Notes under the pieces: model-generated
Seen by the model: the letters and a program-made list of their open reading frames with translations, nothing else
The model's database searches: none
Told to the model about the DNA's origin: nothing
Translations under genes and position numbers: made by a program
Part shown: positions 42,901-53,280 of the stretch, piece by piece
How the letters are laid out: each line of letters starts with the position of its first letter
Numbering within the stretch: position 1 is the first letter of the stretch
Source of the DNA: a bacterium
Lineage (GTDB): Bacteria; Sysuimicrobiota; Sysuimicrobiia; Sysuimicrobiales; Segetimicrobiaceae
Reading direction: 5' to 3'
Length of the DNA: 63,879 bases
Assembly (NCBI GenBank): GCA_035279545.1
Contig: DATEHM010000077.1
Location: 1-63,879 of the forward strand

Positions 42901-43314
42901 TTAGGCGCCCGGGGCCGCCCGGTTGACCGCGGCCCCCCTTGCCCTCCACCGCCGGATGGTGAGCACCGCGATGGCGAGCCCCAGGATCAAGGCGGCCGGC
43001 GGCCCGGCGTAGAGGAGGAGGGCGGCGCCGCCGGGGCGCGGCTCGGCCAGGACGGTCTCGCCGAACTGCCCCACGAAGAACTGGAGGATCTGGTCCGGGG
43101 TCTCCCCCGACGCCAGCTTTTCGCGGATGATCGCCTTCATTTCCCGGGCCAAGGTGGAGTCGCTTTCGGCCACCGTCTGCCCGGCGCAGACGGGGCACAT
43201 CAATTGGCGGGCCACCGCGTAGGCCCGGTCGTCGAGCGTCTCCGCCGACACGACGGCCGCCGTGCACGTGAGTGCGCAGACGACCCAGACCACGAGCGGC
43301 ATCGCCCGCCTCAC
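42901..43314 (-). CDS. ccmH: CcmH/NrfF-family cytochrome c maturation thiol-redox protein
   Basis: 137 aa with a signal/anchor, LMCPVCAGQTVAESDS (CXXC motif in the family context), and a C-terminal TM. The GTG start overlaps the yerC stop (GTGA). Confidence 0.75.
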   Translation of the reverse strand: MRRAMPLVVWVVCALTCTAAVVSAETLDDRAYAVARQLMCPVCAGQTVAESDSTLAREMKAIIREKLASGETPDQILQFFVGQFGETVLAEPRPGGAALLLYAGPPAALILGLAIAVLTIRRWRARGAAVNRAAPGA

Positions 43315-43634
43315 CGCCCCCGCCTCCGCACCCGCGCCGCGGATGATTCCCCCAGGCGCTTCAACACGAGCTCATACCCGTCGGCCCCGTAGGTCAGGAA
43401 GCGGCGCACGCGGCTGATCGTCGCCGAGGACGCGCCGGTGCGCGCGGCGATCTCCTCGTAGGTCTTCCCATGGGCCAGCATCCGCGCGACCGCAAATCGC
43501 TGCGTGAGCGCTTTGACCTCCCCGATCGTGCAGAGGTCCTCGAAGAAGCGGTAACATTCCTCCACCGTCCGCAGCTGCAGGACCGCCCGAAAGAGGCTGT
43601 CGGCCAGAGGGTCTCGGAGTTTCGGATTGGCCAC
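43311..43634 (-). CDS. yerC: YerC/YecD-family TrpR-like DNA-binding protein
   Basis: 107 aa with LFRAVLQLRTVEECYRFFEDLCTIGEVKALTQRFAVARML..GKTYEEIAARTGASSATISRV, a very typical YerC sequence. GTG start with AAAGGA upstream. Confidence 0.85.
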   Translation of the reverse strand: MANPKLRDPLADSLFRAVLQLRTVEECYRFFEDLCTIGEVKALTQRFAVARMLAHGKTYEEIAARTGASSATISRVRRFLTYGADGYELVLKRLGESSAARVRRRGR

Positions 43635-43721
43635 GCAATCGTCCTTTCAGCGGTGTCCCCGGCACGCGCCGGGCATCTTCCGGACGCCGTTTGCAGATCG
43701 AACGGATGCTTCCTCCACGAC

Positions 43722-44663
43722 TTATCCGGCGTGCGCGGCGGCACCGCTCCGTTCGTGGGGCCGGAGTATTGCGACCACGGCGAAATTGAGCGGTGTCGCC
43801 ACCCCGCACTCGCGCCCCATCCGGACGACGGCGCCGCAGAGGGCGTCAAGCTCCATTCGCCGCCCCCCGGCGAGGTCGTTGTACAACGACGAGAACGTGT
43901 GAAAGGCCTTCCCCGCCACCAATTCTTCGGCGACGCTCATCTGCCGGTCGACCACATCCGGGAGCCGGATCCCCCGGGCCATCCCCACCGCGGCGGCCTC
44001 CTCCATCAGACCCCGATACATCGCTCGCGACTCGGGGTGCGACAAGACCTCCCCCACCGGCACACGCGCCGATGCGGTCATCCCGGCGTTCGCGCAGATG
44101 AACACAAACTTCTCCCACAGAGCCCGGACGATCTCGGCCGATCCATTGGCCTCAACGCCGGCGCGCCGGAGTGTCCCCTCGATCGTACGGACACGCGGCG
44201 TCACGGATCCGTCCATCTCGCCGAAGACGATGTCCCCGGTCGGTCCGGTGTGCCGGATCACGCCGGGGGCCTCGACCGCGGCGGAGACATAGGTCACCCC
44301 GCCCAGAATGCGGCGGGGACCGTAGATCGCCCCCAGCCGGTCTTCGGTCTCGACGCCGTTCTGCAGGCAGAGGATCGCGGTCTCGGGCCCGACCGCCGGG
44401 CGGATCGCCTCCGCGGCCTCCTCAAAGTCGTAGGTCTTGACGGCGAACACGATGAGGTCAACCGGCCCCGCGTCGCCCACCCGGGTCGCCGCCCGCACCC
44501 GCAGCGCAAAATCCCCGTCGGGGCTTTTGACCCGCAACCCGCGCGATCGAAGAGCCTCGAGATGCGCCCCGCGCGCCACAAAGGTGGCGTCCTCGCCGGC
44601 GCGCTGCAGGAGCCCCCCGAAGTACCCTCCCAAGCCGCCGGTCCCCATGATCAGAACCTTCAT
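43722..44663 (-). CDS. panE: 2-dehydropantoate 2-reductase (ApbA/PanE family)
   Basis: 313 aa with an MKVLIMGTGGLGGYFGG Rossmann N-terminus and a C-terminal PanE-like domain. Confidence 0.8.
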   Translation of the reverse strand: MKVLIMGTGGLGGYFGGLLQRAGEDATFVARGAHLEALRSRGLRVKSPDGDFALRVRAATRVGDAGPVDLIVFAVKTYDFEEAAEAIRPAVGPETAILCLQNGVETEDRLGAIYGPRRILGGVTYVSAAVEAPGVIRHTGPTGDIVFGEMDGSVTPRVRTIEGTLRRAGVEANGSAEIVRALWEKFVFICANAGMTASARVPVGEVLSHPESRAMYRGLMEEAAAVGMARGIRLPDVVDRQMSVAEELVAGKAFHTFSSLYNDLAGGRRMELDALCGAVVRMGRECGVATPLNFAVVAILRPHERSGAAAHAG

Positions 44664-44788
44664 TTCTTCACCCCGCTCGCGGGACGCCCACCACGTCCCA
44701 CCGCCTCGTCGAAGTTCCCGCTCCCGTCCGGGCGGAGTGTGCGACCGGCCGCCTCGGCCCCCGGAACGGCTGGGTCACCGGCCGTGAA

Positions 44789-45871
44789 TCAGGTGAGACG
44801 GGCGAGCACCGCGTCGGTCATCGCCGCGGTGCCCAGGGCGGGCCGTCCTCCGGCAAGATCCGCGGTGCGACATCCGTCCGTGAGCGCCTTCTGGACGGCG
44901 GCTTCGATCGCCGCCGCCGGGGCCTCCTGGCCCAGGCCGTGGCGCAGGAGGAGCGCCCCGGTCAGGATCGCGGCGAGCGGGTTGGCGATCCCCCGCCCCG
45001 CGATGTCGGGCGCTGTCCCGTGCACCGGCTCGAACAGCCCGGGGGGCTGGTCGCCCAAGCTGGCGGACGGCATCAGCCCGAGCGAACCCATCACCCCCGC
45101 CGCTTCGTCGCTCAGGATATCGCCGAACATATTCTCCGTCACAATGACATCGAACTGCTTCGGACGGTAGACGAGTTGGAGCGCGCAGTTATCGACGAGC
45201 ATGTGCTCGCACGTGACGTCGGGGAACTCCCGCGCCACCTCGGTGGCCACCTCGCGCCACAACCGGGAGGTTTCGAGCACGTTGGCCTTGTCCACCGAGG
45301 TGACCTTGCGTCCAGGACGCAGGCGGGCGACCTCGCAGGCCTTGCGGACGACCCGGCGCACCTCCACCGCGGAGTACGGGAGGGTGTCCATCGCCACGGC
45401 CTCCGCCCCCCGGCCGGTGCGCGACTGGGCCCCGAAGTAGAGGCCGCCCGTGAGCTCGCGCACGATCAGGATGTCCGCGCCCTCAACCATCTCGCGGCGG
45501 AGCGGCGAGGCGCTGAGGAGGGCCGGCGAGACGACCGCCGGGCGGAGGTTCGCGTACAGCCCGAAGGTTTTGCGGAGGGTGAACAACGCCTGCTCGGGGC
45601 GGAGCTCCCGCGGTCCCCGGTCCCACTTGGGACCGCCGCATGCGCCCAGGAGGATCGCCTCGGACCGCCGGCACAGCTCAATCGTCATCTCGGGAATGGG
45701 GTGTCCCACCGAGTCGATCGCCCCGCCGCCCGCGAGCCCTTCCTCAAACTCCAAGCCGAGCTCGTATCGTCTATCGACCTCCGCAAGGACGCGCACGGCC
45801 TCCGCGATGACCTCACGGCCGATGCCGTCCCCCGGAATCACCGCGACCCGCCGAGTCCGCGCCGCGGTCAC
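44789..45871 (-). CDS. leuB: 3-isopropylmalate dehydrogenase
   Basis: ORF 44789..45934 trimmed to GTG 45871-45869 (GTGA overlap with the cimA stop). 360 aa with [24 protein letters not shown]. Confidence 0.92.
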   Translation of the reverse strand: MTAARTRRVAVIPGDGIGREVIAEAVRVLAEVDRRYELGLEFEEGLAGGGAIDSVGHPIPEMTIELCRRSEAILLGACGGPKWDRGPRELRPEQALFTLRKTFGLYANLRPAVVSPALLSASPLRREMVEGADILIVRELTGGLYFGAQSRTGRGAEAVAMDTLPYSAVEVRRVVRKACEVARLRPGRKVTSVDKANVLETSRLWREVATEVAREFPDVTCEHMLVDNCALQLVYRPKQFDVIVTENMFGDILSDEAAGVMGSLGLMPSASLGDQPPGLFEPVHGTAPDIAGRGIANPLAAILTGALLLRHGLGQEAPAAAIEAAVQKALTDGCRTADLAGGRPALGTAAMTDAVLARLT

Positions 45872-47451
45872 GGGCGCGCCTCGGCCCGCTCGCCCAACAG
45901 CACATACTCCAGGCTGTCGACGAGCGCCTGCCACGAGGCTTCGACGACGTTTTCGGAGACCCCCACCGTCCCCCAGGTGCGGACCCCGTCCGTCGACTGG
46001 ATCAGCACGCGGACCTTTGCGGCGGTCGCGGCCCCGGCGTTGAGCACCCGCACCTTGTAGTCGACCAGCCGCACGCGACGAATCTCCGGATAGAACCGCT
46101 CCAGGGCCTTGCGCAGCGCCCGATCCAGCGCATGCACCGGCCCGTTGCCCTCGGCCGCGGTGTGCTCCTCTTCGCCGTCGACCGCAAGCCGGATGCTCGC
46201 TTCGGCGACGGCCTCGCCGGACGGGCCGCGCTCCACCATGACGCGCAACCCCTTCAGCGTGAACGCGGGGTGATGCTGGCCCATGGTGCGACGGGCGAGC
46301 AGCTCGAACGACGCCTCGGCCCCCTCGAACTGGAATCCGGCGTGCTCCAGGGATTTGAGCTCCGCCAGAATCTCCCTGACCTCCGGCCGGTCCTTGCTCA
46401 GATCCAGTCCCATCTCCTCGGCCTTGTACAGCACATTGGCTCGGCCCGAGAGGTCGCTGAGGACGACGCGCCGCTCGTTGCCGACCGTCTCCGGAGGAAT
46501 GTGCTCGTACGTCGGCGGGTGCGCCATCACGGCGCTCACGTGAACCCCGCCCTTATGGGCGAACGCGTTCTTGCCCACAAACGGCTGGTATTCGTTGGGG
46601 GCCATGTTGGCCAGCTCGCTGACGAGCCGGGAGAGCTCCCCCAACCGGCGGAGCGAGGCGGCCGGCACGCAGTCGTACCCGAGCTTCAACTGAAGGTTCG
46701 GGATGAGCGAGACCAAGTTGGCGTTGCCGCACCGCTCGCCGATGCCGTTGATGGTCCCCTGGACGTGGACGGCTCCGGCACGAACCGCGGCGATCGCATT
46801 CGCCACCCCGACCTCGCCGTCGTTGTGCGTGTGGATTCCGAGCGGTGTGGGGATCGCGCTCCGAGCGGCCTCCACCCCGGCCTGGATGTCGAAGGGGAGG
46901 CCCCCTCCGTTCGTGTCGCACAGCACGACGACGTCGGCGCCGCCCCGCTTGGCGGCGGTCAGGGTGGCCAGCGCGTACTCCGGGGTGGCCTTCCACCCGT
47001 CGAAGAAGTGCTCCGCGTCGTAGATGACCTCCACGCCCCGCTGCTTGAGAAACCGAACGGAGTCCTCGACCATCCGGAGATTCTCATCGAGCGTTGTGCG
47101 CAGCGCCTCCCGAACATGGAGGTCCCAAGACTTCCCGAACACCGCGACCGCGGGGGTCCCCGCCTCGAGGATCAGCCGCAAATTCTCGTCCCGGTCCGCC
47201 GGGATACCGGCGCGGCGGGTGCTGCCGAACGCGGTGACCTTCGCGTGGCTCCAGGGATGGCGCCGGGCCTGCTCGAAGAACTCGAGGTCGCGGGGGTTGC
47301 TGCCCGGCCATCCGCCTTCGATGTAATCGAAGCCGAACGCGTCGAGGCGCTCGGCGATCCGCAGCTTGTCCGCGGCGCTGAGGGTGATGCCGGCGCCCTG
47401 GGTCCCGTCCCGGAGGGTCGTATCGTACAGGGCGATGCGTCGGGAGGCCAT
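45868..47451 (-). CDS. cimA: (R)-citramalate synthase
   Basis: 527 aa with [54 protein letters not shown], a CimA-type N-terminus, plus a LeuA-dimer-like C-terminal domain. Confidence 0.85.
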   Translation of the reverse strand: MASRRIALYDTTLRDGTQGAGITLSAADKLRIAERLDAFGFDYIEGGWPGSNPRDLEFFEQARRHPWSHAKVTAFGSTRRAGIPADRDENLRLILEAGTPAVAVFGKSWDLHVREALRTTLDENLRMVEDSVRFLKQRGVEVIYDAEHFFDGWKATPEYALATLTAAKRGGADVVVLCDTNGGGLPFDIQAGVEAARSAIPTPLGIHTHNDGEVGVANAIAAVRAGAVHVQGTINGIGERCGNANLVSLIPNLQLKLGYDCVPAASLRRLGELSRLVSELANMAPNEYQPFVGKNAFAHKGGVHVSAVMAHPPTYEHIPPETVGNERRVVLSDLSGRANVLYKAEEMGLDLSKDRPEVREILAELKSLEHAGFQFEGAEASFELLARRTMGQHHPAFTLKGLRVMVERGPSGEAVAEASIRLAVDGEEEHTAAEGNGPVHALDRALRKALERFYPEIRRVRLVDYKVRVLNAGAATAAKVRVLIQSTDGVRTWGTVGVSENVVEASWQALVDSLEYVLLGERAEARP

Positions 47452-47455
47452 CGCG

Positions 47456-48991
47456 CTACCCGTAGACGTTGGTCATCCAGTGCTGCCGCTCGTGCACGAT
47501 CTTGTTGACGGCGGCGACGTAGGCCTTCGCGCTCGCCTCGAGCACATCGGTGCTCGTCCCGCGCCCGATGAACAGCCCGTCCCCGTCCCGGACCTTGACC
47601 GTCGCCTCCCCCATGGCATCGGTCCCCCCGGTCACGGCCTTGATCGCGTAGTCGGCGAGCGACGGGGAGAGGCCCACGATCGCGTTGATCGCGTTGTACA
47701 TCGCATCGACCGGACCGTCCCCCGTGGCCTCCTGGGTAAAGATCTCGCTCCCCCGGACCAGGGTGATCGCGGCCACGGGCGCCACCGTGTTGCTCGTCGA
47801 GATTTGAAACGCCTTGAGCGCGTAGGTATGCGGGGCGCCGCGAAGCTCGCCCTCCACGAGGGCGATGATGTCCTCGGTCGTCACCTGCTTCTTCTTGTCG
47901 CAGAGCGCCTTGAACGCCTCAAACGCCCGCCGCAGCTCCGCATCGGAAAGGCGGACCCCGTTGCTCTCAAGGAGATTCTTGAAGGCATGCCGGCCGGAGT
48001 GCTTCCCCAGCACCAGCTTGTTGCTGGGGATGCCGATCGTCTCCGGCGTCATGATCTCGTAGGTCTCACGGTTCGCCAGCACCCCGTGTTGGTGGATGCC
48101 GGCCTCGTGGGCGAACGCGTTGTCGCCGACCACTGCCTTGTTGGGCTGAACCGGAATCCCGGTGATCGCGCTGACGAGCCGGCTGGCGCGGTAGATCTTC
48201 GTCGTGTCGATCGCCGTCTCGTGGCGGTAGTAGTTGCGGCGGGTGTGCAACGCCATCACGATCTCCTCAAGCGACGCATTGCCGGCCCGTTCCCCGATGC
48301 CGTTGATCGTGCACTCGACCTGGCGGGCGCCCGCCTGCACGGCCGCAAGCGAATTGGCCACGGCCAACCCGAGGTCATCGTGGCAGTGCACGCTCCAGAC
48401 CACCTTGTCGCTTCCGGGAATCCGTTCGATGAGGGACCGGAGCAAGGCGGCGTACTCCTCAGGGGTGGCGTAGCCAACGGTATCGGGGACGTTGATCGTC
48501 GAAGCCCCGGCCTTGATCGCCCCATCGAATACGCGGCAGAGGAACTCCGGGTCCGAGCGGCTGGCGTCCTCCGCGGAGAACTCCACGTCGTCGGTAAATC
48601 CGCGGGCGTACCGCACGGCCTCGATCGACGCCTCCAACACCTGGTCGGGCGTCATCCGCAGCTTGTGCTCCATGTGAATCGGTGAGGTGGCGATGAAGGT
48701 GTGGATCCGCGGCCGTTCGGCCTCCCGGACCGCCTCGACCACCGCATCGATGTCGGCGCGGTTGGCCCGCGCCAGGCCCGCAATCGCCGCCCCCCGCACC
48801 TCGCGCGCGATCAACGTGACTCCCTCGAGGTCTCCCTTGCTGCTGATGGGGAACCCGGCCTCGATCACGTCCACCCGCATCGCCGCAAGGGCTCGGGCGA
48901 CCTCGAGCTTCTCCTCGGTGTTCATCGTGAACCCGGGGGATTGCTCACCGTCCCGCAGCGTCGTGTCAAAGATCCGGATGGTTTCTCCCAT
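47456..48991 (-). CDS. leuA: 2-isopropylmalate synthase
   Basis: 511 aa with [16 protein letters not shown].., [12 protein letters not shown], and a C-terminal regulatory domain. Confidence 0.92.
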   Translation of the reverse strand: MGETIRIFDTTLRDGEQSPGFTMNTEEKLEVARALAAMRVDVIEAGFPISSKGDLEGVTLIAREVRGAAIAGLARANRADIDAVVEAVREAERPRIHTFIATSPIHMEHKLRMTPDQVLEASIEAVRYARGFTDDVEFSAEDASRSDPEFLCRVFDGAIKAGASTINVPDTVGYATPEEYAALLRSLIERIPGSDKVVWSVHCHDDLGLAVANSLAAVQAGARQVECTINGIGERAGNASLEEIVMALHTRRNYYRHETAIDTTKIYRASRLVSAITGIPVQPNKAVVGDNAFAHEAGIHQHGVLANRETYEIMTPETIGIPSNKLVLGKHSGRHAFKNLLESNGVRLSDAELRRAFEAFKALCDKKKQVTTEDIIALVEGELRGAPHTYALKAFQISTSNTVAPVAAITLVRGSEIFTQEATGDGPVDAMYNAINAIVGLSPSLADYAIKAVTGGTDAMGEATVKVRDGDGLFIGRGTSTDVLEASAKAYVAAVNKIVHERQHWMTNVYG

Positions 48992-49030
48992 GGCCCGTCC
49001 TCCGCGCGTCCCCCGTCGCCGTGCGGGAGG

Positions 49031-50080
49031 TCAGCGCTTGGCTTTGGCTTCGGATTTCTTGGCCGCCGGCTTCGGACCGGCGACGTCCCGCTTCAACCAG
49101 GGCATCATCGCGCGCAGCTGGCGCCCGATCTCCTCGATGGGATGATCGGCTTCCTGGCGGTACCGGGCGTTGAACACGGGGCGCCCGGCTTCGTTCTCCA
49201 GGATCCACTCCTTGGCGAACTCCCCACTCTGAATCTCGGCGAGAATCCGGCGCATCTCGGCCCGGGTTCGGTGGGTGATGATCCGCTTCCCCCGGGTGAA
49301 GTCCCCGAACTTAGCCGTGTTGCTGACCGAGTAGCGCATCAACCCGAGGCCGCCTTCGTAGATGAGGTCGACGATGAGCTTCATCTCGTGCAGGCACTCG
49401 AAGTAGGCGATCTCCGGAGCGTACCCCGCGTCGACCAGCGTCTCGAACCCCGCCTTGATCAGCTCCGTGATCCCCCCGCAGAGGACCGTCTGCTCGCCGA
49501 ACAGATCGCTCTCGGTCTCCTCCCGGAACGTCGTCTCGATGACGCCGGCGCGCAGGCTGCCGATCCCGTGGGCGTAGGCCAGGGCGGTGGCCTTGGCCTT
49601 CCCGGTAAAGTCCTGGTGGATCGCGAGCAGCGACGGCACCCCCTTCCCTTCCGCAAACATCCGGCGCAGCAGGTGCCCCGGGCTCTTGGGGGCGATCATG
49701 AAGACGTCGACGTCCGGCGGCGGCACGATCTGATGAAAGTGGATGCTGAAGCCGTGGGAGACCCCGATCGCCTTGCCCCGGGTCGCATGGGGCTGGATCT
49801 CCTCGCGAAAAACCCGCGCCTGAATCTCGTCGGGGATCAGGATCTGGATGATGTCCGCCTGCGCGGCGGCCTCCGACACCGTGGTCACCTCGAGGCCGTC
49901 CTGCTCGCCCTGCGCCCAGGAGCGGCTGCCGCGGTAGAGGCCGACCACCACCGAAATCCCGCTGTCGCGGAGGTTTTGCGCATGGGCGTGCCCTTGGCTC
50001 CCGTAGCCGATCACGGCCACGCGCTTGCCCCGGAGGATGTTCAGGTTGGCGTCCTGCTCGTAGTAGACCTTCGCGGCCAT
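49031..50080 (-). CDS. ilvC: ketol-acid reductoisomerase (class I) with a Lys/Ala-rich C-terminal tail
   Basis: ORF trimmed to ATG 50080, with GGAGGGG upstream. Sequence starts [37 protein letters not shown]. 349 aa. The tail [14 protein letters not shown] is unusual. Confidence 0.93.
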   Translation of the reverse strand: MAAKVYYEQDANLNILRGKRVAVIGYGSQGHAHAQNLRDSGISVVVGLYRGSRSWAQGEQDGLEVTTVSEAAAQADIIQILIPDEIQARVFREEIQPHATRGKAIGVSHGFSIHFHQIVPPPDVDVFMIAPKSPGHLLRRMFAEGKGVPSLLAIHQDFTGKAKATALAYAHGIGSLRAGVIETTFREETESDLFGEQTVLCGGITELIKAGFETLVDAGYAPEIAYFECLHEMKLIVDLIYEGGLGLMRYSVSNTAKFGDFTRGKRIITHRTRAEMRRILAEIQSGEFAKEWILENEAGRPVFNARYRQEADHPIEEIGRQLRAMMPWLKRDVAGPKPAAKKSEAKAKR

Positions 50081-50094
50081 CTCTCCGCCCCTCC

Positions 50095-50580
50095 TCACGT
50101 CGGCTGGGTGCCGCGAACCAGGGTCACCTGGCCCGTGCGTACCATCTCGCGAATGCCGTACTTCTGCACGAGCGAGAGGATCGCGTCGATCTTGTCCGAA
50201 CGCCCGGTGACCTCGAGGGTCATCGTCTTCTCGGTCAGGTCGACGACGTTGGCCCGGAACACGTTGCAGATCTCCATGATCTCCATCCGCGTCGCCGGGG
50301 TCGCGTTGAGCTTGATCAACGCCAGCTCCCGGTCAACGGTGCTGAAGCCGGTGACGTCGTTGACCTTGATGACCTCCATGAGCTTGTTCAGCTGCTTGAT
50401 GATCTGTTCGAGGATCTCCGGCTCCCCCTCGACGGTGATGATCATTCGCGAGATGGTCGGCTGCTCGGTGACGCCCACCGCCAGGCTGTGGATGTTGTAC
50501 CCGCGGCGCCGGAACAGCCCGGCGACCTTCATCAGGACGCCGGGGGCGTTCTCCACGAGCACGGAGATGGTGTGCTTCAT
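50095..50580 (-). CDS. ilvN: acetolactate synthase small (regulatory) subunit
   Basis: [36 protein letters not shown] prefer ATG 50580. The alternative GTG 50637 overlaps the ilvB stop (GTGA) and would add 19 aa. Confidence 0.88.
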   Translation of the reverse strand: MKHTISVLVENAPGVLMKVAGLFRRRGYNIHSLAVGVTEQPTISRMIITVEGEPEILEQIIKQLNKLMEVIKVNDVTGFSTVDRELALIKLNATPATRMEIMEICNVFRANVVDLTEKTMTLEVTGRSDKIDAILSLVQKYGIREMVRTGQVTLVRGTQPT

Positions 50581-50633
50581 GGGCCGGGGGGCCTCTCCGC
50601 GCGCGCCGCCCAGCAGGTCAGCGACGGCGGTGC

Positions 50634-52364
50634 TCACTTTCCCTCGATGATCATTTCCTTGATCGATTGTCCAGACGGGATCATCGGGTAGCAGTTCTCC
50701 TCCGGCCGGCAGAAGATGTTGACCAGGCACGGCCGGTCGGTGATCTCCAGCGACCGCACGATCGCCGGGACGACCTCCTCCGGTCGCCGGGCGGTGAGGC
50801 CGACCGCCCCGAACGCCTCGGCGACCTTAGCGAAGTCCGGATTCTGCAGGAAGACATGCGAGTACCGCTCCCGGTAGAACAGCTGCTGCCACTGCCGGAC
50901 CATCCCCAGCGACCCGTTGTTGATGAGGTAGATCTTGATCGGCAGGCCCCACTCCACCGCGGTGGCCAGATCCTGCAGCGTCATCTGGAATCCCCCATCG
51001 CCCACGATCGCGCAGACGAGCGCGTCCGGGCGCCCGATCTGCGCGCCCAGCGCCGCCGGGAACCCGAATCCCATCGCGCCCAGCCCGCCGGAGGTGACCC
51101 AGGTGCGCGGTTCGGTGGAGCGGTAGAATTGGGCGGCCCACATCTGGTGCTGCCCGACATCGGTGACGACGATCGCCTTCCCTTGGGTCGTGCGGTAGAT
51201 CTGGTCGATCGCAAATTGGGGCAGGATCGTATCCCCCTCCTGCCGATAGCGGAGCGGGTGGCGGTCCTTCCATTCGTCGAACTGCCGGTGCCAGGCCGCA
51301 CAGTCCGGCGGCGTGATCTGGGCGGCAAGGACGCGCAGGGCTTCCTTGGCGTCCCCGACGATCGGGACGTGGGCGGGCTTATTCTTGCCGATCTCCGCCG
51401 GATCGATGTCAATGTGGATGAACTTGGCGTGGGGGGCGAAGTCCTTGAGGCGGCCGGTGACCCGGTCGTCGAAGCGGACGCCGACGGCCAGGATCACGTC
51501 GGCCGCGTCCATCGCGAAGTTGGCGTAGGCCGTTCCGTGCATGCCCAGCATCCCCAACGACAGCGGGTCGGTCTCGGGGAAGCCGCCTTTGCCCATCAGC
51601 GTCGTCGTGACGGGGATGCGGGCCTTGCGCGCCAGCGCGGTCAGTTCGGCCGCGGCGTTGCTGCTAAGAACGCCCCCACCCGCGTAGATCACCGGCCGCG
51701 ATGCCTGGTTGAGCAGTGACGCCGCCGCGGCGATCTGGTTCGGGCTCGGCACGGCCGGTGGGACCTTGCCGCTGCGCAGGGTCACCTGCTCGGGGAACTC
51801 GAAGTCCGCCTCGCCGGCGGCGATATCCTTCGGGATGTCGACGAGCACCGGCCCCGGCCGCCCGGTGCTGGCGATGAGAAAGCACTGGAGCACCATCCGC
51901 GGCAGGTCGGCCGGGGTCTGCACGAGGCAGTTGTGCTTGGTGACGGGCATCGTCATCCCCATCACGTCGGCCTCTTGAAACGCATCGGTGCCGATCGCCT
52001 TGGTGCTGACCTGTCCCGTGATCGCGACGATCCCCGCGGAGTCCATCATCGCGTCGGTGATCCCGGTGAGCAAATTCGTCGCCCCGGGTCCCGAGGTGGC
52101 CATGCAGACGCCGACCTTCCCGGTGACCCGGTGGTAGCCAACCGCGGCGTGCGCCGCGACCTGCTCGTGGCGGACGAGGACATGGCGGATCTGACGGGCG
52201 TCGTACAGGGCGTCGTACAATGGCAGGGCGGCGCCTCCGGGATGCCCAAAGATCACCTCCACCCCGACGCGCTGGAGGCACTCGATCAGGGCGCGGGCCC
52301 CGGACATCCGCTTGAACGTGCTGGTCCCCGCCGTCCTCGCTCCTGGCACCGTCTGTCGGGCCAT
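50634..52364 (-). CDS. ilvB: acetolactate synthase large subunit
   Basis: ORF 50634..52406 trimmed to ATG 52364. 576 aa with GARALIECLQRVGVEVIFGHPGGA and the ThDP motif GDGGFQM...NNG. Confidence 0.93.
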   Translation of the reverse strand: MARQTVPGARTAGTSTFKRMSGARALIECLQRVGVEVIFGHPGGAALPLYDALYDARQIRHVLVRHEQVAAHAAVGYHRVTGKVGVCMATSGPGATNLLTGITDAMMDSAGIVAITGQVSTKAIGTDAFQEADVMGMTMPVTKHNCLVQTPADLPRMVLQCFLIASTGRPGPVLVDIPKDIAAGEADFEFPEQVTLRSGKVPPAVPSPNQIAAAASLLNQASRPVIYAGGGVLSSNAAAELTALARKARIPVTTTLMGKGGFPETDPLSLGMLGMHGTAYANFAMDAADVILAVGVRFDDRVTGRLKDFAPHAKFIHIDIDPAEIGKNKPAHVPIVGDAKEALRVLAAQITPPDCAAWHRQFDEWKDRHPLRYRQEGDTILPQFAIDQIYRTTQGKAIVVTDVGQHQMWAAQFYRSTEPRTWVTSGGLGAMGFGFPAALGAQIGRPDALVCAIVGDGGFQMTLQDLATAVEWGLPIKIYLINNGSLGMVRQWQQLFYRERYSHVFLQNPDFAKVAEAFGAVGLTARRPEEVVPAIVRSLEITDRPCLVNIFCRPEENCYPMIPSGQSIKEMIIEGK

Positions 52365-52415
52365 GATCCTCACGTCCCCTTTCCCGCCAGAACTGCCGTC
52401 CCGCAACGTGCCGGG

Positions 52416-52463
52416 AAAAATACAAACCGCGCGGAATCCTCTAAGGACGGGACTCCCCGCGGT
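52416..52463 (-). terminator. intrinsic terminator of the T-box leader
   Basis: Minus-strand RNA reads ACCGCGGGGAGUCC-cguccuuaga-GGAUUCCGCGCGGU followed by UUGUAUUUUU. The 5' arm overlaps the 3' half of the T-box sequence, the classic terminator/antiterminator alternative. Confidence 0.7.
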
Positions 52464-52685
52464 ACCACCTTAGTTCCGCTCCGGGCATCCAGGCCCGTCG
52501 CGGCCCTCTCCCCCGTCTCGGTGGGTTCCGGCGGGTGCTACTCGGCGAACCCTTCGTCCGCCTTTGGTTCCCGCAGCTCGGAGATGAGAGTTTGCAGCAC
52601 CGGATGCCGGTTCACACCTGACCCAGCTCTCTCGGATCCGGCGTGCTGCGTCCTGCTCTCCTCATTGCCTATATTCGTGGGGCTT
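52416..52685 (-). promoter_or_regulatory. T-box riboswitch leader, probable Leu (CUC) specifier
   Basis: Minus strand contains AACUAAGGUGGUACCGCG (52475-52458), the T-box consensus. Stem I pairs GCAGCA/UGCUGC and CCGGAU/AUCCGG, with distal GAGAGAG and AGGUGUGAA motifs. The specifier loop reads ..AAACU-CUC-A directly 5' of the basal helix UCUCC/GGAGA (CUC = 52588-52586). The UGGU bulge fits an A73 tRNA. Confidence 0.85.
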
Positions 52686-52691
52686 TGGGTG

Positions 52692-52720
52692 ACTGTACCA
52701 AACTCGCCCTACTTTGTCAA
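52692..52720 (-). promoter_or_regulatory. sigma70-type promoter of the ilv-leu T-box leader
   Basis: Minus strand reads TTGACA (52720-52715), exactly 17 nt spacer, TACAGT (52697-52692). Confidence 0.6.
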
Positions 52721-52810
52721 GAAATTGCACGGTCGACCGGGGTGGCGGCCGAGGGACACGACACCCTCGGAGCGCACGCCATGGTCGTCATGAGCGTGAT
52801 CGCGCGAACG

Positions 52811-53224
52811 TCATCGCCCCAGCATCCCCGTCATATACGTGCGCCCCACCAGCGCGGCGAGGAAGGCGCAGAGGAGGAGCATCCACCGCGATTCCCGATA
52901 CCCCGGATCGTCCCTGACAAAGGCCCAGCGCAGGGCGCCGCCGGGTCGGAGGCCGTAGACGGCGATGAGCGTGAGCACGATCAGCCCGCCGTACATGAGA
53001 TGGTATTCTGTCCGCGGGCGGGCGCCGCGAGCGAAGAGATCGATCCCGAGAGCGCCTTGGATGCCCAGGGGAACCTGCGCCACCCACAGAATCCACCAGA
53101 AAATGCGCGGCAGGCGCGTGCGCCCGGTCAGGTCCCCGAAGAGCGCCAGCACGATGCAGAGCCCGTCGCCGCCGAGCGTGAGGCCCATCAACACCAGGGA
53201 GGCGTGCTCGTGAAGGAGACTCAT
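52811..53224 (-). CDS. hypothetical small polytopic membrane protein
   Basis: 137 aa with four clear hydrophobic segments (LVLMGLTLGGDGLCIVLALF; IFWWILWVAQVPLGI; LMYGGLIVLTLIAVYGL; WMLLLCAFLAALVG). I recognise no family. Confidence 0.5.
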   Translation of the reverse strand: MSLLHEHASLVLMGLTLGGDGLCIVLALFGDLTGRTRLPRIFWWILWVAQVPLGIQGALGIDLFARGARPRTEYHLMYGGLIVLTLIAVYGLRPGGALRWAFVRDDPGYRESRWMLLLCAFLAALVGRTYMTGMLGR

Positions 53225-53280
53225 CGAAGGCCCACGGCTCTGAGGTTCGTGCGGTCGCGCACCGTTCCTTCCGCAGGACA

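Noticed and set aside
52749-52770. Perfect 7-bp GC hairpin (CCGAGGG-N8-CCCTCGG) between the small membrane-protein gene and the ilv promoter, considered as a possible terminator.
   Set aside because: No U-tract follows it on the minus strand, so I could not support it as an intrinsic terminator. It could still be a Rho-independent variant or a stabiliser.
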